Numbered from the stretch's first letter, positions 1 through 9,532 are shown. The stretch is DNA of 64,000 nucleotides from Rhabdothermincola salaria (GCF_021246445.1 NZ_JAJQXW010000001.1:1878168-1942167); one strand, 5' to 3'. Notes: a model not told the origin generated them from the sequence alone. Program-made: numbers and translations.

Positions 1-1292
1 AGTGGACCGACGACACCTCCATGGCGCTGTGCATGGCCGAGTCGCTCGTCGACTGCGACGAGCTCGACCTCGCCGACCACCTCCGGCGCTACGTGCTCTG
101 GCGAGACCAGGGGTATCTGGCGTCCAACGGTCGCTGCTTCGACATCGGCGGCACCGTCGCCGGCCAGCTTCGCCGCTTCGAGCGCACCGGCGAGGCTGTC
201 GACCCCCAGCCTGACGAGGACGCCGCTGCCAACGGCTCTCTCATGCGACTGGCACCGGTCCCGATCCGCTGGCACACCGACATCGCCGAGGCCGCCGAAC
301 GCTCCGGGGAGTCGAGCCGGTCCACGCACGCCGCAACCCGCCCCGTCGACGCCTGCCGGGTGCTGGGCGCCATGACGGCCGCTCTCATCGGAGGGATGCC
401 GGCCGAGGAGGTCCTCGACCCCGACTTCTGGTCGTGGGGTCCATTGCACCCGGAGATCGAGGCCGTGGCCCGTGGGTCGTGGCGGGACCGGCAGCCTCCG
501 CAGATCCGAGGCACCGGGTACTGCGTCGACGCCCTCGAGGCGGCCATCTGGGCCGTGGCCGGCGCGCAGGACTTCGCCGACGCCGTGTTGCGGGCGGCAA
601 ACCTCGGCGACGACGCCGACACCACCGCCGCCATCGCCGGCCAGCTCGCCGGTGCCCGCTGGGGAGCATCCGGGATCCCCGCCGACTGGCGAGACGTACT
701 GGCGCTCGGCAGCCGCATCACCGAGCTGGGCCGGCAGCTCCACGCCCGGGGAGCCGGGGCGACTCCGCCCGTGCCGTGGGCGCACGACGACCACCACCAC
801 GCCTGGTGGGTCGAACCGGGTGCCGTCCTCGCCGGCGAGTACCCCGCCACCCGTCGCGGGCCGGTCGCCACCCGGGCCAAGGTCGACCTGCTGGTCGATG
901 CCGGCGTGCACACCTTCATCGACCTCACCACACCGGAAGACCAGCTGACCCTGTACGCCCCGGTGCTCGCCGAGGTGGGCACCGCTCGCGGCCTCGACCT
1001 CGAGCACGTCCCGGTCCCCATCCCCGACCTCGACATCACCACCGACGCCGAGTACGACCGTCTGGTCCAGCTGATCGGCATCCATCGCGAGCGCGGCGTG
1101 GTGTACGTGCACTGCTGGGGCGGCATCGGCCGCACCGGCACCGTCATCGGCTGCCTGCTCGCCGACCAGGGCCACGACTTCGACTCGATCACCACCCGCC
1201 TGAGTGACATGCGCGCCGGAACCCGCAAGGCCCATCGACCCGCGCCCGAGACCGCCGAACAGGTCGACGTGCTGCGGCGGCGAGGCCGGTAG
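1..1292 (+). CDS. ADP-ribosylglycohydrolase fused to a C-terminal PTP/dual-specificity phosphatase domain (5' end outside window)
   Basis: Frame is open from the window start and reads W-T-D-D-T-S-M (ARH TDD motif). NGSLMR and GDDADT ARH motifs follow. C-terminal HCWGGIGRTG is a CX5R phosphatase loop. Confidence 0.85.
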   Translation, partial: WTDDTSMALCMAESLVDCDELDLADHLRRYVLWRDQGYLASNGRCFDIGGTVAGQLRRFERTGEAVDPQPDEDAAANGSLMRLAPVPIRWHTDIAEAAERSGESSRSTHAATRPVDACRVLGAMTAALIGGMPAEEVLDPDFWSWGPLHPEIEAVARGSWRDRQPPQIRGTGYCVDALEAAIWAVAGAQDFADAVLRAANLGDDADTTAAIAGQLAGARWGASGIPADWRDVLALGSRITELGRQLHARGAGATPPVPWAHDDHHHAWWVEPGAVLAGEYPATRRGPVATRAKVDLLVDAGVHTFIDLTTPEDQLTLYAPVLAEVGTARGLDLEHVPVPIPDLDITTDAEYDRLVQLIGIHRERGVVYVHCWGGIGRTGTVIGCLLADQGHDFDSITTRLSDMRAGTRKAHRPAPETAEQVDVLRRRGR

Positions 1293-1310
1293 CAACGCTG
1301 GTCAAGCCGG

Positions 1311-1961
1311 TCAGTTGAAGAAGTTGTCGACGCTCGTGACGTCGCACACCAGCTCGACGTCCTCTTCGATGTTCGTCGTGACATCCCATCGGGCAGTGTC
1401 CCCAGGTGCCAGGTCGAAGACGATGTCCGCCAGGTCCTCGATGAGCACATCATCAGAGGCGTCGCGGAACTCGACGTCGATGGTGAAGTTCTTCTCCGAA
1501 CCCGAGGTGTTCGCGATCGTGCCCTCGAAGGTCACGAAGCCGAACTGGTCGGTCGCGCAGCTCGACCCATCGATGGTCAGCTCATAGGTGTCCGAATCGG
1601 CTTGCCCACCGAGGTCGTCGACGGCTTCGTCGGCGGCGAAGATGAAGAGCACCGCGATCAGGACTGCGCCGATCGACCCGATGACGCCGAGCACGATCCC
1701 GGCGATGCTCATGCCCTTGCCGACGCCGATCTCCTTGGCCCGGTTGAGGCCGACGAACCCGAAGACGATGGCGAGGATGCCGGCGATCGGGCCCAGGCAG
1801 AAGAACGTCAGGATCCCGAACACCAAAGAGGCGACCGCCATGCCGTTGGACTGGCCCTTCGGTGGCGGCCCTCCCGGCGGCGTCGAGCCGTACGGGGACG
1901 GAGGTGGTGGACCAGCCGGAGGCGGTCCGCCGAAACCCGGAGGTGGTGGTGGATTCGTCAC
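1311..1961 (-). CDS. DUF4190-like membrane protein (Pro-rich N-terminus, two TM helices, extracellular domain)
   Basis: NGMAVASLVFGIL...GKGMSIAGIVLG pattern. GTG start at 1961 is inferred. Confidence 0.75.
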   Translation of the reverse strand: MTNPPPPPGFGGPPPAGPPPPSPYGSTPPGGPPPKGQSNGMAVASLVFGILTFFCLGPIAGILAIVFGFVGLNRAKEIGVGKGMSIAGIVLGVIGSIGAVLIAVLFIFAADEAVDDLGGQADSDTYELTIDGSSCATDQFGFVTFEGTIANTSGSEKNFTIDVEFRDASDDVLIEDLADIVFDLAPGDTARWDVTTNIEEDVELVCDVTSVDNFFN

Positions 1962-2317
1962 TTCTGGTTCTCCCCTGTCGATCTTGCGATCGTGCCCGAG
2001 GCACCAGCCCGCAGATCGAGGCGCAGCTCGTGCTCCGAACCGCCACCCGCCACAACGAGGTGCCCGTCCCCTCGACCGCCTGGATTCGCTGGGCAGGAAA
2101 CTATCCGCCCCGGTGAGGGCACGCCACGCCCAACGGCCCTGCCCCCCGCATCCGCCCTCCTGATCCCCTGCACGCACAGATCTCCGGTTCCCACGACAAG
2201 GACATGGCAGGACCTCTCCGGGCGACTGTCACAGTTTGCCGGGGTGGCCCCCGGCTGACTCGAGCGGCGGAGCCTCACCCGAGCCCTCATGGCCTGGCAG
2301 CTCGGCCTGACGAGCCG

Positions 2318-3118
2318 TCAACGACCCGAGCTGCCGTCGGACCACCCGAGAGACTTCGCCCAGCTGGCGACCGGCGAAAGTCCCCGCAGCCTTCGCAACC
2401 CCCCGTTCTGGTCGGACCGACGGGCCCCTGCGCTGCGAGCGCACGCAGACTCACCGATCGCCTGAGACCACACGTCGAGGTCGTGGATGCCGAGCAGGGG
2501 GCGACCGCCGGCCGAGATGGCGCCGACCACGGGCAGTCGTCGGCGGCGCTGCCCGTTCCCCGGGCCGTCGGCCGGGTCGACCGGAGTGGGCAGGTGGAGG
2601 TGGACCTGGTGGTTCAGCTCGCCATGGCGGCCGTGCTCCAACGCCCATCGCCCGATCGAACAGGCCACGTCCTCGAGGTACGCCGGGTCCGGCCGTCCCG
2701 ACAGTGCATGACGCGCTGGCCGATCCCGCAGGACGCTGAGCTCGAGGTGAGACACGGCGTGGACGCCCACGAAGCCCGTCGGGAGCACCTTGCGCAGGCG
2801 GGCGCGAGCCGCATCGAGCTCCAGTCCGTCGACCTCGTGGGCGGCCCACCGCTCGAGCGGGGCCAGCTTGTCGGCGCAGCGGCGATCCAAGATGGCCTCC
2901 CGATGCCGGCTCAGCGGGTAGTCCGGCAGCACGACGTCGTCGTTCGCCCCCCGAGACCCGCGCCGCGTGGTGAGGGCCATGGCCACGGCCCGACGGTCGG
3001 CTCGACGCAGTGCGGTGAGCGTCGTGCGAGCGGCGCCGCGAGCGGTCGACGGCAGAACGGACCGGGCGATGTCGCGCCGCTTGGCGGCGCGGGGGTCGCG
3101 TCGACGGGTGGTGTGCAT
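2318..3118 (-). CDS. hypothetical protein
   Basis: 266-aa ATG ORF with protein-like composition (DKLAPLERWA, LPTGFVGVHAVSHLE). No recognised domain. Confidence 0.5.
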   Translation of the reverse strand: MHTTRRRDPRAAKRRDIARSVLPSTARGAARTTLTALRRADRRAVAMALTTRRGSRGANDDVVLPDYPLSRHREAILDRRCADKLAPLERWAAHEVDGLELDAARARLRKVLPTGFVGVHAVSHLELSVLRDRPARHALSGRPDPAYLEDVACSIGRWALEHGRHGELNHQVHLHLPTPVDPADGPGNGQRRRRLPVVGAISAGGRPLLGIHDLDVWSQAIGESACARSAGARRSDQNGGLRRLRGLSPVASWAKSLGWSDGSSGR

Positions 3119-3292
3119 GTGGGCCTCCGTGTCACGAGACCGCCTCGATCAGCGGCCTGGTAATGGCACGAGCCCCACCTCCGTTGCGCTCACCGATCGT
3201 CCTTGCACGGCACCATTCTGGTCAGCCCCAGGGACGCCAGCTCCGCACGGCCCATCGAGGGCGCTAGACAGGTCCAGGCGAAAGGGCAGCCG

Positions 3293-4045
3293 ATGACCGC
3301 ACGGGACGAACTCATCCAGGCCGCCGCTTCACTCGAGTCGAAGGGCCAGCAGACCTTCTCACCCGCCGAGCTGATCGCCGAAGCTCGGAGACGAGGGGCC
3401 CGCTACCCCGACTCCACTCTCCGCACGCAGATCACCTCGGGCCTACGAACGGACCAGGGGATCGCAGCAAGGGGTCAGGGGTTGGTCCGGGTCGATCGTG
3501 GCGAGTACCGCCTGGACTCGGCCGGCGCATCCACGGCCCCTCCGGTGAGACGTCCGCGGATCCCGACGCCACGCGCCGATCTTCCGCCACCACCTGAGGA
3601 TGCTGCCCACCGCTACTGGTTCTGGGAGGGCAACGTCCAAGACGCCGTCGTCCGCATGCTCACGGCCGACGGGTGGTCGATCGTGAGAGTCGCCGACACC
3701 CGGACCAAGGAGGCTGGTGTCGACGTCGAAGCCCGCCGGGGCCACGAGCATCTCCTCATCGAGGTCAAGGGCTATCCCAGCACCATCTACAGCAGCGGGC
3801 CAAAGAAGGGACAGCCCAAGCCGACCGGCACTGCGACACAGGCGAGGACCTACTTCGCCGGGGCTCTGCTCACCGGGATGCTCATGCGGTCCGGCAACCC
3901 AGATGCCCGCGTCGTGCTCGCCTTCCCGGCCTTCTCCACCTTCGAGACCCTGGCCGGACGCATCCTCGACCCGGCAACGAGAGCAGGGTTGGAGGTGTGG
4001 CTCGTCACCGAATCCGGTGAGGTTCGCGGCGCCCACACCCCGTAG
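3293..4045 (+). CDS. small N-terminal (probably winged-helix) domain + PD-(D/E)XK restriction-endonuclease-fold protein
   Basis: EGNVQ...GVDVEA...LLIEVKGYP nuclease motif. N-terminal FSPAELI...YPDSTLRTQI helical domain. ATG at 3293. Confidence 0.7.
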   Translation: MTARDELIQAAASLESKGQQTFSPAELIAEARRRGARYPDSTLRTQITSGLRTDQGIAARGQGLVRVDRGEYRLDSAGASTAPPVRRPRIPTPRADLPPPPEDAAHRYWFWEGNVQDAVVRMLTADGWSIVRVADTRTKEAGVDVEARRGHEHLLIEVKGYPSTIYSSGPKKGQPKPTGTATQARTYFAGALLTGMLMRSGNPDARVVLAFPAFSTFETLAGRILDPATRAGLEVWLVTESGEVRGAHTP

Positions 4046-4265
4046 TCGACCTTCGGACTGGACGCCTCGTCGTGCAGCCGCCTCAGACGCGGAGAACGAC
4101 TCCGGCCGGACGGGCGCTCACCACCTCGACCTCGGGAACCCGAGCCAACCACGCCAGGACGCCTGACCGCCGCTCACGTGCTGCCCCAGGGCCGCGACGA
4201 TCAGCTACTCGATACCAGTTCTGCCGAGAACTCTGTCGCGAGCCCGGGGTGTAGACACGAGAGAC

Positions 4266-5234
4266 ATGAGTGCGATGGCGAGGCTGGAGTTCAGACGGCT
4301 CAGTGAAGCGTGGCGCGGCGAAGCGACGGACTTCACCCCCCTCCTAGGAGAGCAACTCGACGCCCTCGGTGATGCGATAGGCGTGGATCTGGCGACCGTC
4401 GGCGAGTGGGAGGTCGCAACCGCGGGCGGCCGGCGGATCGACATCGTCGCCAGCGACGCGAACGGCGTCGAGTTCGTCATCGAGAACCAGTACGGGAAGG
4501 CGGACCACGACCACCTGACCCGCGGCTTGGCCTATGCCGTGGCCCGTCGCGCACGAGGGCTCGTCGTCGTGGCCGAGGAGCACCGCGACGAGTTCCGCGC
4601 AGTCGCCGAGTACCTCAACGAGATGGCTGAACTCGATGCCGAACGGGGTATCCCCGTCTGGCTCGTGGAGGCGAAGGCCGTCCGGATCGGAGACAGTCCC
4701 TGGGCACCGCTCTTCTCGGTCGCGGTCGAGCCGAACCAGTTCACCGCCACGGTCGAACAGGTCCGGCAACGGGACCGCTCCCCCGCATCGATCGAAGCCT
4801 TCTGGGAGCAGTTCAGCTCCGACGACACGCTCGCCGCGACCAAAGATCTCGTTGCCGCGTGGAAGGCCGACGGGCACCGGTGGCGCCTCGGCCCGACGCA
4901 CGTCGTGTTGATGGCCGAAGGCCCCTCGGCCAACGGGTTCCGCACGGTGGTGGCCATCTACAGCGACGGCCACGTGATGGTTCCGTTCCACTCCTACGCA
5001 GGGGTGAACAGCGGCATCCCGGTCGAATCACTCACCGAACCAGCGTTCCGGCACGAGGCCGATGCACTGTTCGGCTTCAACGGAACGGAACGCCTGGCGA
5101 GCACCGAAACGGGGTGGGTGACGACCGACCGGGTCGAGCCACTCCTTCGCTTCTGCCGCACTGTGGCCAGCGCCTATCGGTCAGCTCTCGACGACGTCGA
5201 GGCACCCCTCAGCGCGTCCGCACGGGAGCTGTGA
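4266..5234 (+). CDS. NucS-like/DUF4268-family-type PD-(D/E)XK endonuclease
   Basis: EATDFTP...RIDIVA...VIENQYGKADHDHL...AYA signature, followed by a different C-terminal domain. Confidence 0.7.
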   Translation: MSAMARLEFRRLSEAWRGEATDFTPLLGEQLDALGDAIGVDLATVGEWEVATAGGRRIDIVASDANGVEFVIENQYGKADHDHLTRGLAYAVARRARGLVVVAEEHRDEFRAVAEYLNEMAELDAERGIPVWLVEAKAVRIGDSPWAPLFSVAVEPNQFTATVEQVRQRDRSPASIEAFWEQFSSDDTLAATKDLVAAWKADGHRWRLGPTHVVLMAEGPSANGFRTVVAIYSDGHVMVPFHSYAGVNSGIPVESLTEPAFRHEADALFGFNGTERLASTETGWVTTDRVEPLLRFCRTVASAYRSALDDVEAPLSASAREL

Positions 5235-5361
5235 GGCGCAATGGCGTGCTCCTGAGGCGGATCGGGAGCGACCCGATCTGAGGAACCTGCTTCGACTCGC
5301 GGAGCGGGACCCGAGCCAGGAGAGTGCAGCCATGGGCCCCAGGGCCGAGACCTCAGTGCGC

Positions 5362-5520
5362 TCACCCCGGAGTTCGTACGGACTCCATCAAGCTGGCAAC
5401 CGCCAGCATCTCCTCGCGATCGGCTTCGTCGGCGTCGAGCTCTGCGGCTTCGGCGGCGAGGGACGACCGTTCCCGCAGGCGTCGGACGGCATCGACCAAG
5501 GCCGATCAGATGACCGAACG
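5362..5520 (-). pseudogene. relic of a small RHH/CopG-type antitoxin-like gene
   Basis: Minus frame reads RSVI*SALVDAVRRLRERSSLAAEAAELDADEADREEMLAVASLMESVRTPG*. In-frame TGA at 5508-5506 (likely CGA->TGA). No recognisable 5' part. Confidence 0.4.
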
Positions 5521-5653
5521 ACGGCCGCAGTTGTCGCTACGACGTGGGCATTTTCGACCCCGGCGCCCGCGGAGCCACCCGTGCCGAGCCGACGTCGCCG
5601 ATCATCTGTCCCGTCCGCAGGGACCCACGTCGGTAGGACACCACTGCAGAGGG

Positions 5654-6052
5654 TCAGACGGTGAGCACCTCGACGGCGCACTCGATCGTGGGCGCCGTGG
5701 CCAGGCGGGCGTCGGCCGTGACCAGTCGCCAACCGAGAGCCTCGGCGAGAGCCACGTAGCAAGCGGCGTAGGCAGTGACGTTGGCCCGCAAGGCGAAGGC
5801 CCGCGGCATGAGCGGCCCGGTCGGCAATCGACGGATCGGCAGGGCCAACAGGTCGTCGACGGCAGCCGCGAACCGTTCGTCGGACAGGCCGCCTTTCAGC
5901 CAGGCGCGCTGAAGGACGGCGACCGTCTCGACGTCGAGGAGGTCGGGGGCCGCCACCTCGTCGACCTCACGAAGACGACGTCGAGCGATCCTTCCGGCGT
6001 CCTCGTCGTCGCCGACGGCATTGGCGATGACCGAGGCATCGACGACGATCAC
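5654..6052 (-). CDS. vapC: PIN-domain VapC toxin (one catalytic Asp apparently substituted)
   Basis: VIVVDAS...APDLLDVET...NVTAYAACYVALAE...LVTADARL. GTG start overlaps the antitoxin stop (GTGA). Confidence 0.85.
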   Translation of the reverse strand: MIVVDASVIANAVGDDEDAGRIARRRLREVDEVAAPDLLDVETVAVLQRAWLKGGLSDERFAAAVDDLLALPIRRLPTGPLMPRAFALRANVTAYAACYVALAEALGWRLVTADARLATAPTIECAVEVLTV

Positions 6053-6279
6053 CGCCGCCCGCGCTCCTCGGCGAGGTCGTCGACGGCCGAGTCGAGGCCC
6101 ACCCGGCCGCCGGAGCGTTCGTCGATCCGGGCCAGGACGTCGCCGAGCGACGGCGTGGACGCGACCCGGGTCAGCTCGCGGGTGAGGAACTGCTGCAACG
6201 ACTGGCCCTCCGCCTCGGCTCGGCGCTGCAGGCGGGCGTGCACGTCGTCGGGCAGATCGCGGATCAAGACGTTCGGCAT
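6049..6279 (-). CDS. vapB: FitA/VapB-like ribbon-helix-helix antitoxin
   Basis: MPNVLIRDLPDDVHARLQRRAEAEGQSLQQFL, directly upstream of and overlapping the PIN gene. Confidence 0.85.
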   Translation of the reverse strand: MPNVLIRDLPDDVHARLQRRAEAEGQSLQQFLTRELTRVASTPSLGDVLARIDERSGGRVGLDSAVDDLAEERGRR

Positions 6280-6358
6280 GCTTGCATTCTGCTTGCACGG
6301 GGCGCTGAAGACAACGCCCTCGATCCACGCCGAGCACCAGCTCGGAGCGGCCGAGGAC

Positions 6359-7414
6359 CTACACCGCGACCGGGCCGTCCGCCGCTTCGAACACCCGGTC
6401 CTCCACCCACAGCGGCGTGCCGGCCACCACGTGGCCGTACGTCGAGCGCACGAGCGCCAGGCTGCGGGCCGGGTCACTGACCCAGCCGGCACCCGCCGCC
6501 ACAGCCACGAGGTCGGTCCCCGACCGATCGAAGCGGGTCCGCCACTGGTCCAGGTGGCTCGTGGCCGCCAGATGCGAGCTCTTCATCGTGTTGCACCGAT
6601 CGGCCGCCACCAGGTTCTCGATGGCGTCGTTCGGCCAGCGCGACCACGCCAGGAAGTGATCCACCTGGACCGATCTGCGCAAGGGAGAGCCGCAGTAGAA
6701 GCAGCGGCCTTCCTGCAGCTCGACGAGGCCCTTGCGCAGCGGCGCGGGGAACGCGGCACGCTCGGCGCCGAACAGGTGCCCATGCAGGCGCTCGTCCTCC
6801 AGGCTGATCCCGGACCACTTGGCCACGTCGGCGGCCCAGTGCACCTCGATGAGGGGCCGCAGCAACGGGCCCAGCACGATGAGCCGGTCGGCGACCCCGG
6901 GGAGGAGCCGCAGGACATCACGGCCGTCTCGGCGCAACGACGACGCGCTCGTGCCTTCGGGCCAATCGGGCTCGTAGAGGAACGGGACCGGCTCGCTCCC
7001 GATGACCTGCAGCAACGGGATGGGATAGCGAACGAACGTGTCCTCCACCTTGGCCACGGCCGCGGCGTAGTCGTCCTTCAGCTGGACCTGGATGTCGGCC
7101 AACGTGCGTAGACCGGCGGCCTCGGCGGCGTCGTGGAGCTGCTCCACGGCGCGGATCACCGCCGACCGCTTGTTGGTGATCTGGCGCAACGCGTGGACCG
7201 ACCCGTCGTTGCTCACGTAGGACGGGACCTGCCGCAAGTACGTGTGGAGGACCGACGCGGCGATCGCTCGGGTCGGGATGTCGGATCGACCGGGAGCCAG
7301 GGCAGCCGCGTCGATGAGGGCGCTCAACAACGCCAACTTGTAGGTCGCCGTCCGCCGACCTTCGTCGATGACCTGCAACAGGCGCTCGAGCAGGAGGTCG
7401 TCACTCACGACCAC
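6359..7414 (-). CDS. HNH endonuclease with long helical N-terminal domain
   Basis: TATYKLALL N-terminal motif. C-terminal CFYC...VDHFLAW...NLV..CN..K HNH motif. Confidence 0.8.
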   Translation of the reverse strand: MVVSDDLLLERLLQVIDEGRRTATYKLALLSALIDAAALAPGRSDIPTRAIAASVLHTYLRQVPSYVSNDGSVHALRQITNKRSAVIRAVEQLHDAAEAAGLRTLADIQVQLKDDYAAAVAKVEDTFVRYPIPLLQVIGSEPVPFLYEPDWPEGTSASSLRRDGRDVLRLLPGVADRLIVLGPLLRPLIEVHWAADVAKWSGISLEDERLHGHLFGAERAAFPAPLRKGLVELQEGRCFYCGSPLRRSVQVDHFLAWSRWPNDAIENLVAADRCNTMKSSHLAATSHLDQWRTRFDRSGTDLVAVAAGAGWVSDPARSLALVRSTYGHVVAGTPLWVEDRVFEAADGPVAV

Positions 7415-7487
7415 AGCTTGCCGGACACGGCCCGCTCGTCTCCGGCTCCGGCGGATCTCCTACGCTCTGCGCACCTGGAGGTGCGGC

Positions 7488-8387
7488 ATGGCGGAGCCGG
7501 ATGCGGACTGGATGATGAGGTGGGCGGCGTTCGCCTACGTCGAAGACCTCACCACCCGTTTCGGTGACGTCCTGCCGTGGAGCGCGCTCACCGAAGGGTT
7601 CACCTTCGCCGGGCAACGGGTCACGCTCATCGGCCAGCGCGGCATCTGGCGGGCACGGGGATGGCCGATGCCGATCTCCATCACGACCAGCCCGAACGAC
7701 CCCTACGGCGACGTCGCCGGCGACGACGGGTTCCTCCGCTACCGCTACTTCGGCACTGATCCCGCCCACGCCGACAACCGGGGGTTGCGCTCGCTCATGG
7801 AGCAAGGCCGACCCCTCCTCTACTTCCGGGGTGTCGCCAAGGGCCTGTACTCGCCGCTGTGGCCCATGGTCATCGTCGCCGACGACCCCAAGCGCCTCAC
7901 GTTCCTGATGGCCTGCGAGGACGTCGAGGCGCTCGCCCCGGGCGTGACCATCGACGCCGCCGACGACGCCCGTCGCCAGTACGTCACCCGCCTCGCCCTC
8001 ACCCGGGTCCACCAGGCCGGGTTCCGTCAGCGGGTCCTGGCCGCCTACGCCACCCGCTGCAGCATCTGCCACCTGCGCCACAGCGAGCTGCTCGACGCCG
8101 CCCACATCCTGAGCGACCGTCACCCACGAGGTGAGCCGGTCGTGCCCAACGGCCTGGCCCTCTGCAAGATCCACCACGCCGCGTTCGACGCCAACATCCT
8201 CGGCATCCGGCCCGACCACGTCGTGGAGATCCGCCACGACATCCTCGACGAGGTCGACGGGCCCATGCTGCGCCATGGCCTCCAGGACCTCCACGGCAAC
8301 CTCATCAGGCTCCCCCACCGTCCGCCCGACCGACCGGACCCGGACCGCCTCGAAGAGCGCTACTCGGAGTACCGCGATGCCGGCTGA
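7488..8387 (+). CDS. HNH endonuclease, putative modification-dependent restriction enzyme (possible SRA/PUA-like N-domain)
   Basis: HQAGFRQRVLAAY..CSIC...LLDAAHI...NGLALCKIHHAAFD. N-terminal RGIW...PYGD...YRY...DNRGLR. GGAGG RBS before ATG 7488. Confidence 0.85.
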   Translation: MAEPDADWMMRWAAFAYVEDLTTRFGDVLPWSALTEGFTFAGQRVTLIGQRGIWRARGWPMPISITTSPNDPYGDVAGDDGFLRYRYFGTDPAHADNRGLRSLMEQGRPLLYFRGVAKGLYSPLWPMVIVADDPKRLTFLMACEDVEALAPGVTIDAADDARRQYVTRLALTRVHQAGFRQRVLAAYATRCSICHLRHSELLDAAHILSDRHPRGEPVVPNGLALCKIHHAAFDANILGIRPDHVVEIRHDILDEVDGPMLRHGLQDLHGNLIRLPHRPPDRPDPDRLEERYSEYRDAG

Positions 8388-9276
8388 GCCCCCGGGCCAC
8401 CCGGGATCGGACGACTCGAGGCCGCAGACGGCCCACACGTCCATACGGCTCCGGTATCCCGGTCACTGTCGGAGCTGCAACGAACCCCTTCCAGCAGGCA
8501 CCACGGCGACGTGGGACCAGGCAACCAAGACGATCACCTGCCTCAGGTGCGCGACGGCCACAGATCCGAGTCCGAGCGGGGCAACGACCGACCTTGCTGA
8601 TGATGCCCCGGCGGGGGCCGACATCGACCTGGGCCGAGCAGGACGCTCCGCCGAGCAGATCGCCGTCCGGGCCAAGGCACGCCACGAGGCCGACATCCGG
8701 GGCCGCTTCCCCCGCATCGGCGGCGCCATCCTCGCGGTGACCAAGGATCCCACGGCCACGCGCACCTACGGCAAGGGAGCCAGCGGTGAACGGCTGGTGG
8801 GTAGCCGTCTCGACGCCGTCGCCGATCAGGGCGTCGTCGCTCTCCACGACCGCCGCAAACCCCGGTCCCGAGGCAACATCGACCACATCGCCGTCACACC
8901 GACCGGCGTCTACGTCATCGACACCAAGCGCTACTCGGGTCGCCTCGAGCGGCGCGATGTCGGAGGCTGGTTCCGTCGGGACATCCGCCTCTACATCGGG
9001 GGAAGGGACCGCACGCCACTCGCGGCCGCCGTCGCCGACCAGGCAGCCGCGGTGCGGTGCGCGCTCGGCACCGAGTTCGACGGTCTCCCGGTGCGACCGG
9101 CACTCTGCTTCGTCGACATCGACGCCTCCCTCCTCCTGAAGCCCTTCGAGCTCGACGGCGTTCTCGTCACCTGGCCTCGCGCGCTGCAGAAGACCGTGAG
9201 CCGAACCGGACCCATCGCCGCCGAGACCATCGAGGCCGCAGTGCACCATCTCGGCCGCCACTTCCCACCGGCCTGA
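8377..9276 (+). CDS. NERD nuclease-related domain protein with N-terminal CxxC/CxxC zinc ribbon
   Basis: CRSC...CLRC. KGASGE...LHDRR...NIDHIAV.PTGVYVIDTKRY NERD motif. Overlaps the HNH gene end; start uncertain. Confidence 0.8.
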   Translation: MPAEPPGHPGSDDSRPQTAHTSIRLRYPGHCRSCNEPLPAGTTATWDQATKTITCLRCATATDPSPSGATTDLADDAPAGADIDLGRAGRSAEQIAVRAKARHEADIRGRFPRIGGAILAVTKDPTATRTYGKGASGERLVGSRLDAVADQGVVALHDRRKPRSRGNIDHIAVTPTGVYVIDTKRYSGRLERRDVGGWFRRDIRLYIGGRDRTPLAAAVADQAAAVRCALGTEFDGLPVRPALCFVDIDASLLLKPFELDGVLVTWPRALQKTVSRTGPIAAETIEAAVHHLGRHFPPA

Positions 9277-9290
9277 ACGAGACGGCTGGG

Positions 9291-9336
9291 CCGTCGTCCC
9301 TCGCCCGTCGTCCCTCGCCCGTCGTCCCTCGCCCGT
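9291..9336. repeat. 14-bp tandem repeat (CCGTCGTCCCTCGC) x~3
   Basis: Seen directly, just after the NERD stop. Confidence 0.7.
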
Positions 9337-9516
9337 CGCTCGTCGCTCCGAGCGACCTCGGCCTCGCCGTCGTCGGCCCGCCGGTCGACTGTCCCATGCC
9401 ATTCCTAGGCTGACGCTCATCGATCGATCCGATGTGCTCGTCGGGCCCTGCGTGGTCTCGATGGGATGAAATCGGCCGGCGAGAGCCCGATTCGAATTCT
9501 CTTTCGGTTCCGGATT

Positions 9517-9532
9517 GCGTACATGAGTTCGA
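9517..9532. promoter_or_regulatory. LexA (SOS)-box-like site upstream of the DUF222-HNH gene
   Basis: GCGTAC-ATGA-GTTCGA versus actinobacterial consensus TCGAAC-N4-GTTCGA (2 mismatches). TAGAGT -10-like hexamer at 9538-9543. Confidence 0.5.
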
